A DNA stretch of 31,348 nt from Myxococcota bacterium (GTDB taxonomy: Bacteria; Myxococcota; XYA12-FULL-58-9; JALHOP01): positions 1 through 31,348 of the forward strand of contig JBGGMJ010000023.1 of assembly GCA_041288095.1 (NCBI GenBank), written 5' to 3'. Shown here one piece after another: positions 24,601 through 31,348 of this stretch; positions within the stretch are counted from its first letter, which is position 1, and each line of letters opens with the position of its first letter. The notes beneath the pieces were generated by a model. That model ran no database searches and was not told the origin of the DNA. It saw only the letters and a list, made by a program, of their open reading frames with translations. Both the position numbers and the translations under genes were made by a program.

Positions 24601-25083
24601 ATGGACGGAAGGCGTAACGGCTTCACGCTCATTGAGCTGATGATCGTCGTCGGCATCATCGGCATCCTGGCTGCTATAGCAATCCCGAACTTCGCCCGCT
24701 TCCAGGCAAAGTCGAAGCAGTCGGAAGCCAAGGCGAACCTGAAGTCGATCTTCGTCGCCAAGAAGTCCTACGCGGCCGAGTTCGATACGTTCATTTGCGG
24801 CATGGCGAACTTCGTTCCGGAGCCGGGCAATCGCTACACCTATCGCGGCGGGGGCTCCGCGGTGTTTGCCTCGCAGAAGCCGGTGAGCACGTACACGGCC
24901 TCGACGGTCGAAGCAGCATCGGAGGCCGACTCCGCCTTCATCGCGACGGCAGCCGGCAACGTCGACGCGGACGCCTTCGTCGACGCCTGGCGCATCGACG
25001 AGATGAATCTCCTCTGCAATGGCACCGCTGCCTCAGCGACCTCTTGCACGGCGCCCGCGCAAGGTGACGATCTAGCGAACTGA
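24601..25083 (+). CDS. pilA: Second type IVa pilin, close paralogue of pilA1
   Basis: [48 protein letters not shown]; colinear with pilA1 to the C-terminus; GAGGGG upstream of ATG 24601. Confidence 0.9.
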   Translation: MDGRRNGFTLIELMIVVGIIGILAAIAIPNFARFQAKSKQSEAKANLKSIFVAKKSYAAEFDTFICGMANFVPEPGNRYTYRGGGSAVFASQKPVSTYTASTVEAASEADSAFIATAAGNVDADAFVDAWRIDEMNLLCNGTAASATSCTAPAQGDDLAN

Positions 25084-25084
25084 C

Positions 25085-25999
25085 GTGAAGCGGCTCCTGG
25101 TCATCGGCGCACTCGTGACGTTTGCTGGTCTCGCGCATCTGCTCCATGTGCGACTCGACCAAGCCCTGCTCACCGCGCCGGACGAGCTCGTCGAGACTCT
25201 GCCCACCGTGGGCTCGCTGCAGCTCATCAGCCTGGGCTACGACCAGGTCGTCGCCGACTACTACTGGATGCGCGCGCTCGAGCACTTCGGCACGCCGGCC
25301 TACAACGCGGTTGCGTATCCCCTGCTCGAGCCGCTGCTGCGGCGCGTGCTGACGCTCGACCCCTATTTCAAGACCGCCTACACGTTCGCCGGCACGGCGC
25401 TCACGGTGCAGCGGATGGATCCCGCGAAGGCGAACGCGCTGCTCGAGCAAGGCCTCACGTACCGGCCCGACGTCTGGCAGATCCCGTACTTCCTCGGCTT
25501 CAACCGCTACTACTTCCAGCAGGATTACGTTGGCGCCGCCGAGGCGTTGAGCATCGCCTCCAAATATCCGGACGCTCCCCCACTCACGGCGCAACTGGCG
25601 ACGCGCATCGCGGCGCACGCCGGCCGGCCGGACGTCGGCATCCAGCTCATCGACGAGATCCTCGAGCGCACCAAGGACGAGCAGCTACGCGCGAGCTACA
25701 TCGAGCGGCGCAAGGCGCTGCAGCTCGATCTCGAGCTCGGCTACTTGAACCGCCTCGTGCCGCGCTACCTGAGCGAGCACGGGAAGGCCCCAACGGCGAT
25801 CGGAGACTTCGTGAAAGCCGGCTACCTTCGCGAGCCACCACGCGATCCCTATGGCAAAGAGTACCGCCTCGATAGCGATGGTTTCATTCACACCGAATCC
25901 GAGGGCTCGCGCCTGCGCTTGAAACCGCAGGCTGCCGGCTCCATTTTTGCGGACGGCTGGCATCCTCCGTATCGTGAAGACCAGTTGCCACCCGAATGA
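25085..25999 (+). CDS. pilG: Pilus accessory membrane/TPR-like protein (Myxococcus PilG-type)
   Basis: N-terminal TM, GY..VVADYYW.RA...FG, LDPYF..AY.FAG, LLE.G....PD.WQIPY.LGF..Y, P.DPYG..Y; located between pilA and the ABC genes as in M. xanthus. Confidence 0.8.
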   Translation: MKRLLVIGALVTFAGLAHLLHVRLDQALLTAPDELVETLPTVGSLQLISLGYDQVVADYYWMRALEHFGTPAYNAVAYPLLEPLLRRVLTLDPYFKTAYTFAGTALTVQRMDPAKANALLEQGLTYRPDVWQIPYFLGFNRYYFQQDYVGAAEALSIASKYPDAPPLTAQLATRIAAHAGRPDVGIQLIDEILERTKDEQLRASYIERRKALQLDLELGYLNRLVPRYLSEHGKAPTAIGDFVKAGYLREPPRDPYGKEYRLDSDGFIHTESEGSRLRLKPQAAGSIFADGWHPPYREDQLPPE

Positions 26000-26928
26000 G
26001 TGTCCTAACCGTCGATAACCTCACCTACTCGGTGAAACCGCACTTCTGGTCGAAGACCACCCAGATCTTGAAGGGCGTCACCTTCGCGGTCGCCGAGCGC
26101 GAAATCTTTGGCTTCCTGGGACCGAACGGCGCCGGCAAGACCACCACAATCAAGGCGATCCTCGGCTTGCTGCAGCCGGATGGTGGCGACATCCGGCTCT
26201 TCGGCCGCCCACCGACCCAAGCTTCGAGCCGCGCCAAGCTCGGTTTCTTGCCGGAGCGTGCCTACTTCTCCGAGCACCTCAGCGGCCGCGAGGTGGTCAT
26301 TGCGCACGGCCTGCTCGCCGGCTTGTCGCGGCACGATGCCAAGACGCGAGCGCAAAAGCTGCTCGAGCGCGTGGGCCTGGCCGCTGCGGCGGACAGACGC
26401 TTGAAAGGTTACTCCAAGGGCATGCTCCAGCGTGTCGGCATCGCCCAAGCGTTGGTGTCGGAGCCCGCGCTCGTCGTCTTCGACGAGCCGATGAGCGGCC
26501 TCGACCCGCTAGGCCGCGCCGATGTTCGCGACATCATGCTCGAGCTGCGCGCCAAGGGCACGACGGTGTTCTTCTCGACGCACATTCTCCCCGACGCCGA
26601 GATGATCTGTGACCGCGTCGCCATCGTGATGAACGGCCGCACCACTCGCGTCGGCAAGCTCGCTGAGCTCGTACCGGTATCGGGCCAGGGCGTCCAGATT
26701 GTCGTCGCCGCGCTGCCGGCCGACCAACGTAGCGCGCTCTCGTCCATCGCCGCGCGCATCGAGGAGCGGCCTGAAGCCGTGGTCTTGCACATGCGTGACC
26801 TGAAGAGCGCCAACAACGCCGTCGATACGCTACGCAAAGCCGGCATCGACATCGTCGAGATGCACGGCCAGCGCTCCTCGCTCGAGGACTTGTTCATCGC
26901 CGACGCGAAAGGAGCGAAAGCGTCATGA
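25996..26928 (+). CDS. pilH: ABC transporter ATPase of the pilus locus
   Basis: GFLGPNGAGKTT, YSKGMLQRVGIAQAL, DEPMSGLDPLGR, FSTHIL.D.E..CDRV, SLEDLF; synteny pilA-G-H-I. Confidence 0.88.
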   Translation: MSVLTVDNLTYSVKPHFWSKTTQILKGVTFAVAEREIFGFLGPNGAGKTTTIKAILGLLQPDGGDIRLFGRPPTQASSRAKLGFLPERAYFSEHLSGREVVIAHGLLAGLSRHDAKTRAQKLLERVGLAAAADRRLKGYSKGMLQRVGIAQALVSEPALVVFDEPMSGLDPLGRADVRDIMLELRAKGTTVFFSTHILPDAEMICDRVAIVMNGRTTRVGKLAELVPVSGQGVQIVVAALPADQRSALSSIAARIEERPEAVVLHMRDLKSANNAVDTLRKAGIDIVEMHGQRSSLEDLFIADAKGAKAS

Positions 26929-27707
26929 ACGACCTGCGCGCCGCCGCCGTCGTCGCCTGGACCACGACGCTCGAAGCACTCCGCAACAAGCTCCTGCTCA
27001 TCGCCCTTGCTTTCGGCATCGTCCTCGTCGGCCTGTCCGTTACAGCGGCCGCCGTCGCCATCGGCGAACGGGCGCGGCTCATCGTCGACATCGGCCTCGG
27101 CGCCGCGAGCGTCATCGGCAGCGCCATGACCATTGCGCTTGCGGTCGTGAGCTTCGCCGGCGAAATCTCGAAACACACGGCGTTCCCGGTCCTCGCCCGC
27201 CCCATGCCGCGCTGGGCCTTCATCCTGGGCAAGTATCTCGGCGTCGTCTTCGCGATGTGGGCCGTGGTCAGCACCATGGTCATCGCCACCGCGGTGACGA
27301 CGTGGATCTACGGCGACCCAGTCCCCACGGCGTTGTGGATCCAATGGCCGCTCGCGCTCGTCGAAGTCGCCGTCGTCGCCGCCATCGCGCTCATGTTCTC
27401 GACGATGGCCGTGCCCGCTTTAGCGGCCTCATACGCCGCCGGCATCATCGTCGCCGGCGGTCTCGCGGACGACGTCATGCGCATCGCCAACCGTCAGATC
27501 GCGGACGGCAAGAGCACCGGCTACGTGTTGCGCCTCGCCTATTACTTCTTGCCCGACCTGCAGAACCTCTCGGTCCGCGGCCAAGCCGCCAACGCCTTGC
27601 CGGTCCCCGGGGCCTTCGTGGGCTTCGGGGTAGGTTACGGCGTGGTCTACGCGGCGGTCGTCTTGATGGTGGCGATGGTGGTGTTCACCCGTCGCCGGGC
27701 CATCTAG
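26925..27707 (+). CDS. pilI: ABC transporter permease of the pilus locus
   Basis: About 6 TM helices; EA.RNK, D.GLG, EI...T....LARP..R..FILGKYLG, YY.LPDL, F.RR terminus. Confidence 0.85.
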   Translation: MNDLRAAAVVAWTTTLEALRNKLLLIALAFGIVLVGLSVTAAAVAIGERARLIVDIGLGAASVIGSAMTIALAVVSFAGEISKHTAFPVLARPMPRWAFILGKYLGVVFAMWAVVSTMVIATAVTTWIYGDPVPTALWIQWPLALVEVAVVAAIALMFSTMAVPALAASYAAGIIVAGGLADDVMRIANRQIADGKSTGYVLRLAYYFLPDLQNLSVRGQAANALPVPGAFVGFGVGYGVVYAAVVLMVAMVVFTRRRAI

Positions 27708-28084
27708 AGCTCCGCGTCACCCGCGACGACGGTGTTTCCGACATCGCGGCTCACCACTGCGGGCTTACGATTGGCCGGCGCCGTGAATTGCGCCGTGTAC
27801 GCGGCAGCGCGCACGCAGCTCTCGAGCTTTTCGGAATAACCCTTGGGCTCGATGATCTTCACGTCTTCAATGTGACCGTCACCAGCGACCTGCCAGGTCA
27901 CCTTCAAGGGACCTTCGTCGCCGGCACACTTCTGGAGCGCCGGATCCAGCTCCGCGAGCTCGGGCTCTTGGGCCTTCGCATAGAGACGCTTGTCGAAGCG
28001 CCGTGCAGTGCTTTCTGTCCCAGCTCCGGCACATGCGGTTCCAAAACACCCCAACGCAATCACCCAAAACAGACGCTTTCGCAT
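27704..28084 (-). CDS. Small lipoprotein with TonB-C / AgmX-PglI C-terminal-like domain
   Basis: Signal peptide ending GTAC; C...G.L.V.W.V..DG.I.DV.I......LE.CV........F.AP pattern with a Cys pair. Confidence 0.65.
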   Translation of the reverse strand: MRKRLFWVIALGCFGTACAGAGTESTARRFDKRLYAKAQEPELAELDPALQKCAGDEGPLKVTWQVAGDGHIEDVKIIEPKGYSEKLESCVRAAAYTAQFTAPANRKPAVVSRDVGNTVVAGDAEL

Positions 28085-28160
28085 TGTTTACCCCACCCCC
28101 GCGGTCACACAGGGTGGGTAAAGCAACTTACCTGCCAGTCGCCACGGTGGGCGATCCGGG

Positions 28161-28670
28161 TCAGCGCGCCGCGATGATCCATTCGCAGATGTCGCGCACC
28201 GCGCCATGACCGCCGAGGCGGACTGTGTGGATGCGCGTGGCGGCGAGGACCTCGGGCTCGGCGTCGGCCACCGCGATTGCGGTGCCGGCCCAACCGAGAC
28301 AGTCGAGGTCGTTCACGTCGTTGCCGACGTAGGCTACGTCCGCCTGCGCGAAGCCGAGCTCCGCCATCCAGGCAATGAGCGCGGGCAGCTTGTCGTCCAC
28401 GCCCTGGCGGCAAGGGATGCTCAGCTTCTTGCAACGCGCCGACACCACGAGGTTCTGCTCCTTCGAGAGCACGGCGCAGAACACGCCCGCGGCGCGCAGC
28501 CGGCCGACACCCATGCCATCCCCGCGAGAGCAACGCACCGACTCGACGCCGTTTTGATCGACGTAGACCGCGTTGTCGGTCATGACGCCGTCGAAGTCGA
28601 AGACCACCGCGCGAATGCGGCCTGGCTCGACGCGCGTGCCGGGCGCTATGACGACGCGCGGCGTGCTCAC
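28161..28670 (-). CDS. KdsC-family (C0 HAD) ulosonate-phosphate phosphatase
   Basis: VFDFDGVMTDN, RGDGMG, LSKE, R..KL.I...QG..DK, YVGNDVND, AVADA, GG.GAVRDICE; GTGA overlap with hldE. Confidence 0.85.
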   Translation of the reverse strand: MSTPRVVIAPGTRVEPGRIRAVVFDFDGVMTDNAVYVDQNGVESVRCSRGDGMGVGRLRAAGVFCAVLSKEQNLVVSARCKKLSIPCRQGVDDKLPALIAWMAELGFAQADVAYVGNDVNDLDCLGWAGTAIAVADAEPEVLAATRIHTVRLGGHGAVRDICEWIIAAR

Positions 28671-30130
28671 GAGCCGCGCATCTTTTCGACGATGCGGGTG
28701 GTCGAGCGGCCCTCGACGAGGGGTACCAGCACGAGTCGTCCACCCTGGCGCTCGACGGCCTCACGACCGACGACGCTCGACGGCGCGTAGTCGCCGCCCT
28801 TCACCAGGACGTCGGGGGTGCAAACATCGATGAGCGCGTAAGGGGTGTCCTCGTCGAAGACGACCACGGCGTCGACGCTCTCGAGAGCCGACAGTATCAT
28901 CGCGCGCTCGTCTTCCCCGATGACCGGCCTGCCCTCACCTTTGAGGCGCCGCACCGATGCGTCGCTGTTGATGGCGACGACCAGCACATCGCCTTCGGCG
29001 CGCGCCTGCCGCAGCAAGCTCACGTGGCCCGCGTGCAGAACGTCGAAGCAGCCGTTGGTGAGCACGACCTTCTTCTTCTGCAAGCGCCACCAGGCCATGC
29101 GCTCGCCTAGCTCATCGCGCGTCAGGACCTTGCTCTCGAGGGACGGCGCGCAGGCCGCGAGCAGCTCTTGGGGGACCACCACGGCCGTGCCGACCTTCTC
29201 GACGACCAACCCGGCGGCGATGTTCGCGAGCTCGGCGGACACGGTGAGCGGTAAGCGGGTCGCAAGCCCCAAGGCGAGCATGGCGATGACGGTGTCGCCG
29301 GCGCCGGTCACGTCAAAGACTTCGCGCGCGGCCGCCTGGATGTGCAGCGATGGCCCGTCGCGCGGGACCACCATCATGCCGTTTTCGCCGAGCGTGACCA
29401 CCATGGCGTCGCACTCGGAGCGCATCACCAGCGAGCGCGCCCCACCCTCGACGGTGCGTAGGTCGCCGACCTGACTACCGGAGGCCGCCGCCAATTCCTT
29501 GGCGTTAGGCGTGATCACGGTGGCGCCACGGTAGGCCTCGAAGTCATTGCGCTTGGGGTCGACGAGCACCGGCACGCCCTGCTTGCGGGCCCAAGCGATC
29601 ATGTGTGCGATAGCGGTGTCGTTCAAGGTGCCCTTGGCGTAGTCGCTGAGCACGATGACGTCGGGCGGCTCCCCCGAAAGCTTTTCGAACGCGGCGATGA
29701 TCGGCGGCGCGGGATACGGGCGCACTTCTTCCCAGTCGAGGCGCAAGACGTGTTGGTGGCGCGCAACCACGCGCAGCTTGCGTGTGGTCGGACGGGCGCT
29801 GTCGACGATGAGCCCGTCGCAGCCGATGCCGGCCGTGGCGCAAGCCATGCGCACCTGCTCGCCGGAGGGGTCGCTGCCGATGACGCCGATCAGCTCGACG
29901 TGAGCGCCGAGCGACGAAACCCCGTGCGCGACGTTCGCGGCTCCGCCAAGGCGGACATAGGCGTCGGAGACGTTCACGACCTGCACCGGCGCGTCCGGCG
30001 AGATTCGGCGCACGTCACCGGTGATGTACTCGTCGAGCATGACATCGCCGACGACCCACACTCGGGCGCCCGCGAAGGCCTTCACCACGTCGCGTAGGCC
30101 GCTGGCCGACAGCTCAAGCCTCGTCGTCAT
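28667..30130 (-). CDS. hldE: Bifunctional heptose-7-phosphate kinase / heptose-1-phosphate adenylyltransferase
   Basis: GDVMLD.Y..G...RISP.APV, GGAANVA, SDYAKG, VDPK, TPN..E, DVTGAGDT; then TNGCFDVLHAGH, NSDASV.RLKG..RP, LVKGGDY, STT. Start ATG 30130 within the pilR 3' end assumed. Confidence 0.95.
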   Translation of the reverse strand: MTTRLELSASGLRDVVKAFAGARVWVVGDVMLDEYITGDVRRISPDAPVQVVNVSDAYVRLGGAANVAHGVSSLGAHVELIGVIGSDPSGEQVRMACATAGIGCDGLIVDSARPTTRKLRVVARHQHVLRLDWEEVRPYPAPPIIAAFEKLSGEPPDVIVLSDYAKGTLNDTAIAHMIAWARKQGVPVLVDPKRNDFEAYRGATVITPNAKELAAASGSQVGDLRTVEGGARSLVMRSECDAMVVTLGENGMMVVPRDGPSLHIQAAAREVFDVTGAGDTVIAMLALGLATRLPLTVSAELANIAAGLVVEKVGTAVVVPQELLAACAPSLESKVLTRDELGERMAWWRLQKKKVVLTNGCFDVLHAGHVSLLRQARAEGDVLVVAINSDASVRRLKGEGRPVIGEDERAMILSALESVDAVVVFDEDTPYALIDVCTPDVLVKGGDYAPSSVVGREAVERQGGRLVLVPLVEGRSTTRIVEKMRGS

Positions 30131-31348
30131 CACCCTCGCCCTCGCCACCCTGCATGCCGAGCTTCTTCAAGCGATAGCGCAACGAGCGGAACGTGAGTCC
30201 CAACAGCTCCGCGGCGCGTGTCTTGACGCCGGCGCTCTTCTCCAGCGCTTGCTGGATGAGGCTGCGCTCCAGTGCATCGAGGGTCGCTTCGAGGTTCATG
30301 CCCTGCTCGGGCAAGGTCATGGCGCTCGAAGGCGCGCTCGACGCCGCCTTGCGTACCTCGTCGGGCAGATCAGTGAGCTCGATGACCGGCCCGCCCGCCA
30401 AGGCCACGGCGCGCTCGACCACGTTTTCGAGCTCGCGGACATTACCGGGAAAGGGAAAGCTCTTGAGCGCGTTCATGGCGGCGTCGTTGAAGCCCTCGAG
30501 GGTCTTCCCCAGCTCGCTCGCGAACTTCGCCAGGAACGTACGCGCGAGGAGCGGCACGTCGTCGCTGCGCTCGCGCAACGGCGGTACGCGAATGCGGACG
30601 ACGTTCAAGCGATAAAACAGGTCCTCGCGGAACTTTCCCTGCTGCGCCATCTGCTGCAGGTCGCGATTGGTCGCGGCGACGATGCGCACGTCGACCTCGC
30701 GTTCCTTCTCTTCGCCGACGCGGCGCATGGAGCGCTCTTGGATGACGCGCAAGAGCTTCACCTGCATGGGCTGCGGCAGCTCGCCGATCTCGTCGAGGAG
30801 CAAGGTGCCGCCGTGGGCCGTCTCGAACAGACCGGCGCGCGCTTTGGTGGCGCCGGTGAAGGCGCCTGCCACGTGCCCGAACAGCTCGGCCTCGATGAGG
30901 GTCTCGGGGATGGCGCCGCAGTTGACCGCGACGAAGGGCCCGGCGGCGCGCGGCGACGCGTCGTGGATGGCACGGGCAACCAGCTCCTTGCCGGTGCCGC
31001 TCTCGCCTTCGATGAGCACGTTGGCGCGCGACTTCGCGACCTTCTCGATCATCGCCACCAGCTCGGTCATCCGCGGACTGCGGCCGACGATGTTGGTGAA
31101 CCCATAGCGCCCCTGCAGCTGCCCGATGAGCTCGCGGTTCTCGCGGATGAGCTCACGCTTCTCGAGCGCCTTCTGCGTGAGGACGCGGATCTCGTCCATC
31201 TTGAAGGGCTTGATCTGGTAGTCGTAGGCGCCCAGCCGCATCGCCGACACCGCGTTCTCGGTGGTCGCGAAGGCGGTCATGATGATCACCTGGGTCTCCG
31301 GCAGCGCCTCGCGCACGCCCGTGAGCACCTCCATGCCCGAGCCGTCGG
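30114..31348 (-). CDS. pilR: Sigma-54-dependent response regulator (PilR-like), 5' end outside the window
   Basis: REC remnant (IIMTAFA, GAYDY.IKPF), [68 protein letters not shown] typical of PilR; the frame stays open to the window edge. Confidence 0.85.
   Translation of the reverse strand, partial: DGSGMEVLTGVREALPETQVIIMTAFATTENAVSAMRLGAYDYQIKPFKMDEIRVLTQKALEKRELIRENRELIGQLQGRYGFTNIVGRSPRMTELVAMIEKVAKSRANVLIEGESGTGKELVARAIHDASPRAAGPFVAVNCGAIPETLIEAELFGHVAGAFTGATKARAGLFETAHGGTLLLDEIGELPQPMQVKLLRVIQERSMRRVGEEKEREVDVRIVAATNRDLQQMAQQGKFREDLFYRLNVVRIRVPPLRERSDDVPLLARTFLAKFASELGKTLEGFNDAAMNALKSFPFPGNVRELENVVERAVALAGGPVIELTDLPDEVRKAASSAPSSAMTLPEQGMNLEATLDALERSLIQQALEKSAGVKTRAAELLGLTFRSLRYRLKKLGMQGGEGEGDDDEA

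Noticed and set aside
1-31348. tRNA, rRNA, IS element, integrase or CRISPR array
   Set aside because: Intergenic gaps are all short (at most about 230 bp) and none shows these signatures; no transposase or recombinase ORF was recognised.

Overview
High-GC, very gene-dense bacterial DNA, most likely Myxococcota/deltaproteobacterial (inferred from the Myxococcus-type pilA-pilG-pilH-pilI block, pilD followed by a PilS2-like kinase, PilR, and REC-DUF4388 and AgmX/PglI-C-type proteins). The left ~18 kb is housekeeping and envelope genes: partial mutY, a GT9 heptosyltransferase, a FecCD/BtuCD-type ABC importer, a PMT/ArnT-type GT-C glycosyltransferase cluster downstream of an orphan Flp pilin, DUF429 + tryptophan 2,3-dioxygenase + MOSC, a REC-HD-GYP phosphodiesterase, a beta-helix lipoprotein, a Nit1-like amidase, a histone-H1-like protein, pduO and ttcA. 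The right ~13 kb is an unusual type IVa pilus locus. Two tandem Ser/Thr-rich pilins are driven by a sigma-54 promoter with two palindromic enhancer sites and sit back-to-back with two tandem DUF2723/TMEM260-like GT-C glycosyltransferases that lead into pilD. This is the best candidate for an undescribed system (pilin O-glycosylation). The pilAGHI block is inverted relative to pilR/pilD compared with the M. xanthus order, and hldE plus a KdsC-type phosphatase follow pilR. No rRNA, tRNA, CRISPR array or mobile element was seen. Family assignments come from recognised motifs, not database searches.
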